Below are positions 10,356-18,668 of a DNA stretch of 24,000 bases, piece by piece. The notes beneath the pieces are model-generated. The model saw only the letters and a list, made by a program, of their open reading frames with translations. It did no database searches and was not told where the DNA came from. This DNA comes from Tissierellales bacterium. GTDB lineage: Bacteria > Bacillota > Clostridia > Tissierellales > Sedimentibacteraceae. The DNA lies in contig JAHDQO010000002.1 of the NCBI GenBank assembly GCA_018433765.1, positions 191,874 to 215,873 on the forward strand, read 5' to 3'. Positions within the stretch are counted from its first letter, which is position 1. The number at the start of each line of letters is the position of its first letter. A program made the position numbers and the translations under genes.

Positions 10356-10937
10356 TTATTCTCCTCTAATAAATATAATTCCAATTTTTTCTTCTATAGT
10401 CTTTAATAATTTAGAAGTTAATAAAATAATTTCATTAGAATTATTAATAGCTATTTCTTTTCCTAAAGCTTTTCCACCTACTGTTAATGAAGCAATTATG
10501 CAGCTCATTAATATAGTAAGAATAAAAGCTGCATCTTTTATATTATAAGTACTTATTATTGTAACTATTATAATAGTACCTGTAGCACCACTTAAGATAC
10601 CTGATATATCTCCAATAACATCACTACAAAAATTTGAAACTTTACTAGCATTTTTTACTATTCTTATAGCATAATTAGCCATTGGTATTTTATTTGCAGC
10701 CATTGAATTAAAAACCTTAATGTCTGCAACAGTAGCTGCAACACCAATTATATCAAAGATAACTCCAATTAAAATTATTACTATTAGTGTAAAAACAGCA
10801 GCATATATATTTAAGTTTCTAGTTACAAAATCTGAAATAAAGCTAAAAAATAATGTTAATAGAAAAGTAACAAAAGTAATAAAAATAATCCATTTTTTAT
10901 TATACTTTTTACCAAATAATTTTATTTTATACTTCAT
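10356..10937 (-). CDS. oapA: OLE-associated transmembrane protein A (OapA)-like
   Basis: 193 aa, four predicted hydrophobic segments, CNNM/DUF21-like flavour, contains DxxxD (DVIGD); lies immediately downstream of the structured RNA and immediately upstream of tlyA, the expected position of oapA. Confidence 0.85.
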   Translation of the reverse strand: MKYKIKLFGKKYNKKWIIFITFVTFLLTLFFSFISDFVTRNLNIYAAVFTLIVIILIGVIFDIIGVAATVADIKVFNSMAANKIPMANYAIRIVKNASKVSNFCSDVIGDISGILSGATGTIIIVTIISTYNIKDAAFILTILMSCIIASLTVGGKALGKEIAINNSNEIILLTSKLLKTIEEKIGIIFIRGE

Positions 10938-10965
10938 ATTTTGTAATACTCCTCAACATAACTAT

Positions 10966-10990
10966 ATCCCCTTTTCTAGGGGATTTTTTT
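10966..10990 (+). terminator. Possible intrinsic terminator reading in the plus direction (antisense to the operon)
   Basis: ATCCCC-TTTTCTA-GGGGAT followed by TTTTTT on the plus strand; on the minus strand the same hairpin lacks a 3' T-tract. Confidence 0.5.
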
Positions 10991-11547
10991 CTTAAAATGG
11001 CAACAAAATAAGTAAATTTTACGGCTTAGGTCTAGCAGGTTTTCCCATATATCTACTATTCGTCGCCGTTTAGCGGTTTCCCTTTAAAGATATATCTGCA
11101 AAGTTGCCTTTAGCAGAGCTAGATTACCACTTAGACCGTACTGTAATCCTTATCTTGTTTCTTAAGAACAGTCTAGGAGTTTTCCTCATTAGCCAGTATG
11201 TTTTTTATCCTCTTTTGCAATGGTAGTTTCAACAGCATAACTTATTCCTTTATGAGCTCCTAAAGTTCAAAGCTTAATTACTATTTCCCCTAGCACCACT
11301 CAAGGCAGGCTACACTGTATACAGCATTGCTGTCATACAGGTTTTCCTAAATATAGGTCTCCACGATAGTGGGGTCTACGCCCGCATGCCGTTGCGGATC
11401 GCCCCATCTACCTTACTCCCTGAAATGACCCCCGACTGGGCGTCAAAAGCCAAAACAAGAAACTTCATCGATATGCCCTTTGACGGATTTTTAGCCCCGC
11501 CCTCAAAAACATCTGTACTTACTAGAATACTGCGCCATATTAAGTAC
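10985..11547 (-). ncRNA. ole: OLE RNA (ornate, large, extremophilic RNA)
   Basis: ~560 nt intergenic block, visibly GC-richer than its surroundings, between xseB and oapA. Numerous exact complementary segments: 11541-11547/11515-11521, 11479-11485/11441-11447, 11402-11405/11371-11374 enclosing 11393-11397/11382-11386, 11335-11340/11315-11320, 11143-11148/11122-11127, 11088-11095/11047-11054. Preceded by its own promoter. Class assigned from recall of the family and synteny; ends are approximate. Confidence 0.9.
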
Positions 11548-11551
11548 AATG

Positions 11552-11580
11552 ATTATAGCATAAATGTTATAATAATTCAA
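11552..11580 (-). promoter_or_regulatory. Sigma-A-type promoter for OLE RNA
   Basis: Minus strand TTGAAT (11580-11575) - 17 bp - TATAAT (11557-11552), with TGC extended -10; predicted start near 11547-11545, exactly where the first RNA helix begins. Confidence 0.85.
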
Positions 11581-11584
11581 ATAT

Positions 11585-11791
11585 TTATGCATTAAATTTT
11601 GTATCAATAATTTTTATTTTTTTTTCAGCTTCTTCTAACTTGTTTACACAAAAATTATATGCTTCAATTCCATTTTCATATTTTTTAACAAGTTCATCTA
11701 AAGTTAAATTATCATTTCTTTCAAAGTTTTCAATGATATATTTTAACTTATTAAAAGCATCTTCAAAGTTCTCAAAATTATTTGACATCAC
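11585..11791 (-). CDS. xseB: Exodeoxyribonuclease VII small subunit
   Basis: 68 aa, FEDAFNKLKYIIENFERNDNLTLDELVKKYENGIEAYNFCVNKLEEAEKKI; overlaps xseA end. Confidence 0.93.
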   Translation of the reverse strand: MMSNNFENFEDAFNKLKYIIENFERNDNLTLDELVKKYENGIEAYNFCVNKLEEAEKKIKIIDTKFNA

Positions 11792-12974
11792 TCACCTCTT
11801 CAAATTTTTTAATTTCAGCTTTTATTTTTAATTTATTAAAAATTATGTCAATTAATTTATTTTCACAAACATCGTTTATATTATTTATAATGTTACCATC
11901 TTTATCTAATACTAAAGCATATCCTTTTTCTAAATTTTTTCTATAATTATAACTTCTAATTTTTTCTCTATATAATTCTAAATTATATTTATTATAATTT
12001 AAATTGCTGTTCGTGAATTTTTTGAGTATATTTGCATAATTTAAAACTTCATATTTAAAGTTATTAATAGTTGCTAAAGGCATCATATTATTAATAGCAT
12101 AATTATATCCTCGTAAATTATTATAAATATAATCTATTTCGTTATTCATTTTATTTTTTAATATGAGTAACATTTTATCTATTTCTATTTGTATATTCTT
12201 ATAACTTTCAATAACAACACTTGCAGCCGCAGTTGGTGTATGACAACTTAAATCAGCTGTAAAATCAGATAAGGTCTTATCAGATTCATGCCCTATTCCT
12301 GTTACAATAGGTATTATAGAATTATATATATTTTGAGCAATATCTGTATCATTAAATACAGATAAGTCTTCAAAACTCCCTCCACCTCTACAAATCATAA
12401 TTATATCTGTTTTCTCTACTTCATTGAAATATTTTATACCCTCAATAATATTTTTTTTAGCTATATCTCCTTGCACAACAGCATTGTATATAAATATTTC
12501 TATATTCGCTGATACTTCATCAAAAGTCTTTAAGACATCTTTAATTGCTGCTCCATTTTTAGAAGTTACAAGACCAATTTTTTTAGGAAATTTAGGAATT
12601 AATTTGTTCTTGGAAAACATCCCCTTATTTTTTAAGTTTTCCTTTAAAAGTTCTAAATCTTTAAGCATGTTTCCGATACCAATCTTTGTAATCTCTTTTA
12701 CATTTATTTGATAAGTTCCTCTTTGCTCATAAACATTTAAATTTCCAGAAACTATAATCTTATCTCCATTTTTTATAGTATCTTCTTTAAAAAAACATAT
12801 GCAATTAATACATGAATCATTTTCTTGCAATGTAAAATAAGTAATATTATTTTTACTAACCTTATGATTAAGAATTTCTCCTTCAACATAAAGATTATTA
12901 AGTAAAGAATTATTACTTAAATGTTTTTTTATATATTTATTTAGTTGAGATACTTTAATTGGATTTAATTTCAT
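11778..12974 (-). CDS. xseA: Exodeoxyribonuclease VII large subunit
   Basis: N-terminal OB fold (ISCICFFKEDTIKNGDKIIVSGNLNVYEQRGTYQI) and IGLVTSKNGAAIKDVL, IMICRGGGSFEDLSVFND, VTGIGHESDKTLSDFTADLSCHTPTAAA. Confidence 0.97.
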   Translation of the reverse strand: MKLNPIKVSQLNKYIKKHLSNNSLLNNLYVEGEILNHKVSKNNITYFTLQENDSCINCICFFKEDTIKNGDKIIVSGNLNVYEQRGTYQINVKEITKIGIGNMLKDLELLKENLKNKGMFSKNKLIPKFPKKIGLVTSKNGAAIKDVLKTFDEVSANIEIFIYNAVVQGDIAKKNIIEGIKYFNEVEKTDIIMICRGGGSFEDLSVFNDTDIAQNIYNSIIPIVTGIGHESDKTLSDFTADLSCHTPTAAASVVIESYKNIQIEIDKMLLILKNKMNNEIDYIYNNLRGYNYAINNMMPLATINNFKYEVLNYANILKKFTNSNLNYNKYNLELYREKIRSYNYRKNLEKGYALVLDKDGNIINNINDVCENKLIDIIFNKLKIKAEIKKFEEVSDVK

Positions 12975-13920
12975 TAAACCACCTATCCATAACAGGTAAA
13001 AAACAATTACCTAAAGCATTATCTGTTGAGCATCCTATATTAGGAAATATAATTTTAAAATCTTTAGAAAGTTGTTTTTCTATATTATATCTAAGATAAT
13101 TATTGGAGGATACTCCCCCTGTTATTACTATTGAATTAAAATAATAATCTTTATTTATTTCTTTAATGATATGTAATATACATTTTTTTATATAATCAAA
13201 TAATGAAGATATAATCTCTTCATTAGTATATTTTTTACTTATATATTTATCCTTTAAAAAGTTTTCTATTCCAGATAAATTTATATATGTATTTCCAGAA
13301 ATTTTAGGCATTCTAATGACATTGTTTTTATCATTTATAAATTCTTCCATTTTTTTGCCTGATGGAAATGGAAATTTCATAAAAACACCTAATCTATCTA
13401 TTAACTGCCCAAAAGTAATGTCTTTTGTTCCACCTAATATTTTAAATTCAAATCCTTTTTTTACTTTCTTTGTTAATAAAAATTCAGTAGTTCCACCAGA
13501 TATATGTATAGTTAGAAATGGATGTTTTATATTTTTATAATAATCTATTAATGCAGCTGAAACATGTCCTTCTTGGTGTGAATATTCAATGAGCTTAGCA
13601 TCACAAGATTTAGAAAGAACTTGTCCATAATTTTTACCAACCATAAAAACTGGCATATATGAGTCTTCAAAATTTCTAGGTTTACTGCTAACAGATATTA
13701 TGTGAATTTCATTAAAATTAATATTAAATTCGTTTAAAATTTCAGGTATATTACCTAAATGTTGAAAAACAGCCTCTTGCTGTCTTAACCCTACGCTTTT
13801 TTTAGGAACATTTAATTTTTTTCTAGAATCATATATAATATTATTATCATTCATGTCTATTATTGAAACAGAAGTGGTATAAGCACTTGTATCTATTCCA
13901 AGTATATAACTTTTACTCAT
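12955..13920 (-). CDS. TsaD/Kae1-like paralog (putative O-sialoglycoprotein endopeptidase-like protein), function unassigned
   Basis: ILGIDTSAYTTSVSI, SHQEGHVSAAL (HxxxH retained), TIHISGGTTEFLL, GGTKDITFGQLIDRLGV, VITGGVSSNNYLR; located between nusB and xseA. Confidence 0.85.
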   Translation of the reverse strand: MSKSYILGIDTSAYTTSVSIIDMNDNNIIYDSRKKLNVPKKSVGLRQQEAVFQHLGNIPEILNEFNINFNEIHIISVSSKPRNFEDSYMPVFMVGKNYGQVLSKSCDAKLIEYSHQEGHVSAALIDYYKNIKHPFLTIHISGGTTEFLLTKKVKKGFEFKILGGTKDITFGQLIDRLGVFMKFPFPSGKKMEEFINDKNNVIRMPKISGNTYINLSGIENFLKDKYISKKYTNEEIISSLFDYIKKCILHIIKEINKDYYFNSIVITGGVSSNNYLRYNIEKQLSKDFKIIFPNIGCSTDNALGNCFLPVMDRWFNEIKSN

Positions 13921-14323
13921 TTAAATTCAACCCTCTATATATACTACCGAGAATTCCGTTTATAAACTTGTGAGAATCTTTATTAGAATATTTTTTACTT
14001 ATTTCAATAGCTTCATTTATAGAAACGCTGCAAGGTATAGAATTATTGTATAACATCTCAGATATACCTACTCTAAGTATTGCAAGGTCAACTTTAGCTA
14101 TTCGGTTTATTCTCCAGTCTTTTGAGTTTTTATTTATTAAATCATTTATATTATTTTTATTATTTATTATGTTTTTTATTGTTTCTTTAATATATTGAAA
14201 ATCTAAATTTTCAACTGAGAAATCATTTAAATACTTTTCTAATGCATCTTCACTGAAATCATTATTTAAATCCATTGAATATGAAATCTTGATAACTTCT
14301 TCTCTACTTAACTTACGTTTCAT
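13913..14323 (-). CDS. nusB: Transcription antitermination factor NusB
   Basis: 136 aa, C-terminal NKNSKDWRINRIAKVDLAILRVGISEMLYNNSIPCSVSINEAIEISKKYSNKDSHKFINGILGSI. Confidence 0.95.
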   Translation of the reverse strand: MKRKLSREEVIKISYSMDLNNDFSEDALEKYLNDFSVENLDFQYIKETIKNIINNKNNINDLINKNSKDWRINRIAKVDLAILRVGISEMLYNNSIPCSVSINEAIEISKKYSNKDSHKFINGILGSIYRGLNLNE

Positions 14324-14395
14324 TTTGCCTCCAATTTTTTAACCCTCTGCATGCAGAGGGTTTTGAATATATAAATGCTAATACGTAAAAGAAGG

Positions 14396-14809
14396 CTATA
14401 CTTCTTCTGGCTTTTGCTTTTCTTTCTCGGTTATAATATTTTGAACATTCACATTAACTTTTATAACTTTTAAATCGGTCATGGTTTCAACTTCTTTTTT
14501 TACCTTTTTCTGAACTTCTTCTGCTACTTTACTTATTTTATATCCATAATCAATATTTATAAATATATCAATTATAACATTCTCGTTATTAATATCAACT
14601 TTTATACCCTTTGAATAATTGTTTTTATTAAATAAATTTGAAAACCCTTCGACAAATCCAGTATGCATGCTGTTTACACCATCAATTTCATTAGCTGCTA
14701 TACCAGAGATGATTCCTATAACATCATCAGAAATTTTAACTTGCCCATTTTCAAATGTTTCTTTTTTAACGGCCATCATAGCACCTCCTTTTACAATTAT
14801 ATCAGACAC
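14396..14809 (-). CDS. Asp23/Gls24 family envelope stress response protein; likely starts at internal MAVKKE
   Basis: GQVKISDDVIGIISGIAANEIDGVNSM and VDIFINIDYGYKISKVAEEVQKKVKKEVETMTDLKVIKVNVNVQNI. Confidence 0.92.
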   Translation of the reverse strand: MSDIIVKGGAMMAVKKETFENGQVKISDDVIGIISGIAANEIDGVNSMHTGFVEGFSNLFNKNNYSKGIKVDINNENVIIDIFINIDYGYKISKVAEEVQKKVKKEVETMTDLKVIKVNVNVQNIITEKEKQKPEEV

Positions 14810-14818
14810 TTAATTTTT

Positions 14819-15349
14819 TTACAATTCTATATTGCTAAATTTAAGAATTTTAATTTGAGTTGCATTAAAATCAGTTTCATCCATTATAACATCCAGTATA
14901 CGTACAGTATCTTCTTCTTCTAAATCATTGTCAGAAACAACTTTAACATTATCGCTATTAATAATTGCTATAATTTTATTATAACCTTTAGATTCTAATA
15001 TTAACTTAATATTATTTTCCATTTCTATATATGCATTTTTTTCTATCAACAGATCCTCAAATTTTTTTCTTGTAATATCCGACAATTTATCATTTGCTAT
15101 ATTTTCTTCTAAATGATCAATTATTCCCATATCATTTTTCTCTTTATTTAATTGAAACAGTTCAAAGCTAACTTTAGTTTCTTCTTCTAAGTTAAGGTTA
15201 ACTGTTTTATTTATGCAGTCTTCTTCATATTGGGAATACTCATTATCATTGAATGTACCTTTAGTTGACATATTTAAATTTATGTAACCTATTAAGAATA
15301 TTATAGCAACTGAAATGAAAATAATTATTGTTTTTCTTCTAATAATCAT
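14819..15349 (-). CDS. spoIIIAH: Stage III sporulation protein AH-like
   Basis: Short N-terminal TM, C-terminal region with NNIKLILESKGYNKIIAIINSDNVKVVSD; terminal gene of the spoIIIA cluster. Confidence 0.85.
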   Translation of the reverse strand: MIIRRKTIIIFISVAIIFLIGYINLNMSTKGTFNDNEYSQYEEDCINKTVNLNLEEETKVSFELFQLNKEKNDMGIIDHLEENIANDKLSDITRKKFEDLLIEKNAYIEMENNIKLILESKGYNKIIAIINSDNVKVVSDNDLEEEDTVRILDVIMDETDFNATQIKILKFSNIEL

Positions 15350-15933
15350 TACTCTCCCTCTCTTTCTTTTTCCGCAGCAACTACTTCTATTCTGTTTAAA
15401 TTAGTATTTAGTAAAGTTTTTACTGCATCTAAAATATCTTTTTTTATTTTTTCATTATCAGAATAGTCGGCAACAACTAATATGCCTGTTATTTCTGGAT
15501 ATTCATAATACTTCTCAAAAACTTTTGATTTTTCATTATTTAATAATGTTTCTTTTTGTGAACTTTCTTTAATTATTTCTCTTTTGAATCCATCATTGCC
15601 AATTTCTATATTGCTTTCGTTGTCATTATTTTCATCATATAATGGTATTAGTTTGGGAGTATTTTTAGTATATATCATGACTTTGACATAATTTACACCT
15701 TTAATTTTTATCAATATACTTTCTAATTTATTTTCTAAATCACTAGTATAGCCTGATATATCATTCGTTTTTTGAAGTTTTACTGAATTATCATAACTTT
15801 CAATACTATTTTTTTTAGTAGGTTGTTTAAGTAAAAGAGATATAACAATTAGTATTAGTAATAAATTAATGGCATAGAATAGTTTTTTATTACTTTTTAT
15901 CGTGCTTACTACGTCGTTAAAACTTTTAAACAC
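15349..15933 (-). CDS. spoIIIAG: Stage III sporulation protein AG
   Basis: N-terminal TM, LENKLESILIKIKGVNYVKVMI, PEITGILVVADYSDNEKIKKDILDAVKTLLN; position in cluster. Confidence 0.93.
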   Translation of the reverse strand: MFKSFNDVVSTIKSNKKLFYAINLLLILIVISLLLKQPTKKNSIESYDNSVKLQKTNDISGYTSDLENKLESILIKIKGVNYVKVMIYTKNTPKLIPLYDENNDNESNIEIGNDGFKREIIKESSQKETLLNNEKSKVFEKYYEYPEITGILVVADYSDNEKIKKDILDAVKTLLNTNLNRIEVVAAEKEREGE

Positions 15934-15934
15934 T

Positions 15935-16387
15935 TTAATCCTCCTCGTATAAAATGTTTACATTTTTACTTTCTACCTCAAGTATTTTAGCTGCTTCTTT
16001 TATTGCAATATTAAGTTCGTCCTTATTCATTCTTTTATTTATTTTAATAGAAATTTTAAAATCATTATCATATTTTGCTATTACCTCCAATACATCAACA
16101 TTATTATCAAAAGCTTTACTTTCAATTAGGTCAATAGTTTTCTTATCATTGATATTTATATTGAGATTTCTTTCAATTTCAGTTGCATTATAATTAAGTT
16201 CATTGGAATTTATAAAATTATCAATATTAAAATCAAATGATTTTACAACACTACTAAACAAATAAACTACTATATAAATCCTAATTACTAGTTTACAATA
16301 TTTTTGTGTTTTTCCCTCAGGAAATATTAAAATTATTAAATTTAAACATATAATTAAAATTAAAATATTTACTATTATTTCTTTCAT
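15935..16387 (-). CDS. spoIIIAF: Stage III sporulation protein AF
   Basis: Two N-terminal TMs with YCKLVIRIYIVVYLFSSV, C-terminal domain; position between AE and AG. Confidence 0.85.
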   Translation of the reverse strand: MKEIIVNILILIICLNLIILIFPEGKTQKYCKLVIRIYIVVYLFSSVVKSFDFNIDNFINSNELNYNATEIERNLNININDKKTIDLIESKAFDNNVDVLEVIAKYDNDFKISIKINKRMNKDELNIAIKEAAKILEVESKNVNILYEED

Positions 16388-16395
16388 ATTTTCAT

Positions 16396-17538
16396 TTATC
16401 CAAACACATTATTTAAATAATTAAGCATTATAGAATAATATATTGTTATGATAAAAATCGGAGTTGTATAACAAATTAAATAAATATAAAAAACATCAGA
16501 CATTTCGTTAATAAAATTAGCTATTTTTGAATTAAATGGCTCAACTAGAACCGCAGTTATTTTATATATTAAAAAAATAAATAAAATTTTTAATACGACA
16601 TCACCAAAAGCTGAAAGTATAAAAACTATAAAAATAAACCCTAGTATATCTTTTATGAGCAATAAACTTTTAAAAAAGACTCCAAATAAATTATTAATTG
16701 CATTACCAATTATAGGTACAGATGATGGTGATAGTGCTTTAATTGAATTTATAAATACATTATCTGTTCTATATAATATATATCCTTGTACTGAAAAATT
16801 TATTACAACAATAAATATATATACGCCAACAATAATTATCACAGTTTTTTTTACAAATTTATATAGCAACTTGAAATCAAATAAATCACTTATGTTGTTT
16901 ATAATAATTATTACAATTAAAATGCATGATGATATATTCATTATTACAAATATAATTTTTGTAGTGAGATTAATAATATAATTGCTGTAATTATGAAAGA
17001 ATTGCATTATGCTTAACTTACCAAATGTTATCATAATAGTTAAAAATACAGAATTAAGTTTTGACGTAATTTCTTCCATATTCAAACAAGCTTCATCAAT
17101 AATTAATCTTGTTTTGTTTAAATCCTTTATAACTATAGAGAAAACAATCATTATTGAAATAGTAAATACTATATCTGATACCCCTTTATTGTTTGTTTCT
17201 TTAGAAAAATAGTTAATTATAGTTAAAATTACAGCAATAATTAGAATATTAATACAATTTTTAGTGTTATCCTTAAAATAATTAATTTCATTACTTATTA
17301 CATACTTAATATAGTCAGTTATTTTAAAAGGAAATTTTCCAGAAATAATTCCCTTTACAATTTCTATTAAATTGTAATCTTGAGCTTTAAAATAGTCGTT
17401 ATTATTTTCAAAGAATTCTTCAATAGTATTAAAATCAATCTTATCTATTGCTTCATCTATATAATCTTTTTCTGTTGCTTCTACATTGAATGAAAACAAT
17501 AACAAAAAAATTAATATTAAGTAAATTACATTTTTCAC
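16396..17538 (-). CDS. spoIIIAE: Stage III sporulation protein AE
   Basis: Long multi-pass protein with N-terminal signal peptide. Track start is ATG 17571; GTG 17538 with GGGTGATG upstream gives a clean signal peptide (MKNVIYLILIFLLLFSFNVEA) and minimal overlap with spoIIIAD. Confidence 0.9.
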   Translation of the reverse strand: MKNVIYLILIFLLLFSFNVEATEKDYIDEAIDKIDFNTIEEFFENNNDYFKAQDYNLIEIVKGIISGKFPFKITDYIKYVISNEINYFKDNTKNCINILIIAVILTIINYFSKETNNKGVSDIVFTISIMIVFSIVIKDLNKTRLIIDEACLNMEEITSKLNSVFLTIMITFGKLSIMQFFHNYSNYIINLTTKIIFVIMNISSCILIVIIIINNISDLFDFKLLYKFVKKTVIIIVGVYIFIVVINFSVQGYILYRTDNVFINSIKALSPSSVPIIGNAINNLFGVFFKSLLLIKDILGFIFIVFILSAFGDVVLKILFIFLIYKITAVLVEPFNSKIANFINEMSDVFYIYLICYTTPIFIITIYYSIMLNYLNNVFG

Positions 17539-17542
17539 TTCA

Positions 17543-17941
17543 TCACCCGTTAAATAGAATGAAAATTTCATCTATAAATTGTTTTAATATATCAAAAGAG
17601 TATATCAGTATTACAAATTTACCAGCTAATTCAATTTTTTTACCTATAGATTCGTATTTTAAGTCTTTACATATTAATGATATAAAATCACAGACATATG
17701 CTATAAGTACTATTTTTAGAAGTGTATTAAAATTTTCAAAGTCTATATTATAATAATAAATTAAGTTTTTTAGTTCAGTAACTTTTATTGATATTTCATC
17801 AAATAGAATTACTAAAACTATAATCCCAAAGATAACAGTAAAATACAATTTAAATTCTGGATTAAATTCAGAAACTATAATACTTAATATTATACAAATA
17901 ACACATGCAAAAATAATTTTTAATAGAATCATAAAGTACAC
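17543..17941 (-). CDS. spoIIIAD: Stage III sporulation protein AD
   Basis: 132-aa multi-pass protein in canonical position; EFNPEFKLYFTVIFGIIVLVILFDEI. Confidence 0.9.
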   Translation of the reverse strand: MYFMILLKIIFACVICIILSIIVSEFNPEFKLYFTVIFGIIVLVILFDEISIKVTELKNLIYYYNIDFENFNTLLKIVLIAYVCDFISLICKDLKYESIGKKIELAGKFVILIYSFDILKQFIDEIFILFNG

Positions 17942-18145
17942 CTAGTAAATATTAAATATTGTTTTGACTTCATTAAATAAATCGCTAAGCATATTAATTA
18001 TTAATGCCATAACAACTATTACTCCCGCTAGTGTAACAAACATTGCCTGCTCCTCTCGTCCTGTACGAGTTAATATTTGATTAAAAACTGCAACTATTAT
18101 ACCTATAGCTCCAACTTTTAAAATTATATCAATATCCATATCCAC
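17942..18145 (-). CDS. spoIIIAC: Stage III sporulation protein AC
   Basis: 67 aa, VDIILKVGAIGIIVAVFNQILTRTGREEQAMFVTLAGVIVVMALIINMLSDLFNEVKTIFNIY. Confidence 0.95.
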   Translation of the reverse strand: MDMDIDIILKVGAIGIIVAVFNQILTRTGREEQAMFVTLAGVIVVMALIINMLSDLFNEVKTIFNIY

Positions 18146-18149
18146 CTCT

Positions 18150-18668
18150 TCAGATTAGTAAGATTGCTAATAAAACTCCAATAAGTATAGAAATTTTATT
18201 GAAAAAATCTTTCCTTTCTTTAGCTTGTATTTGAAATTCATTAACATATTTCAACATTTCAGTTTGGATGTAAGCTAACTTTTTAGACAATACCTCTGAC
18301 GCTGAGTAACCATAAAAATCAACTATCTGTATAAAAATTTTATTAAATTCATCTGGTGTTAATAGCTGTTCTTTTATATAGTTCATAAACTTGTCTCTTG
18401 TTAAATCGTTATTCTTAGATAAATTAATATAACTATTCAATTCTTTACATACCTTTTGAATATTAGAATCTTTAAATAAATATTTATCTATTATTTCATT
18501 TATCTGCATTTTCATTTCACATGAGAAAATTTGTAAATGTTCAGTAAATTTAATTAATTCTTTCATATTATAAATTTTTTTATATTCAGCTTCACTTACA
18601 TAATTAAAAATCATTCTTATAATTATTACAATTAAAATAAATAATATAATTTTAATTACTATTATCAT
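18150..18668 (-). CDS. spoIIIAB: Stage III sporulation protein AB
   Basis: 172 aa, N- and C-terminal TMs flanking a coiled helical region; canonical position. Confidence 0.9.
   Translation of the reverse strand: MIIVIKIILFILIVIIIRMIFNYVSEAEYKKIYNMKELIKFTEHLQIFSCEMKMQINEIIDKYLFKDSNIQKVCKELNSYINLSKNNDLTRDKFMNYIKEQLLTPDEFNKIFIQIVDFYGYSASEVLSKKLAYIQTEMLKYVNEFQIQAKERKDFFNKISILIGVLLAILLI

Noticed and set aside
11386-11595. Plus-strand ORF of 69 aa (MPLRIAPSTLLPEMTPDW...)
   Set aside because: Antisense to the structured OLE RNA, no convincing RBS or family, and GC-rich amino acid composition simply reflects the RNA gene; a typical spurious ORF over a noncoding RNA.
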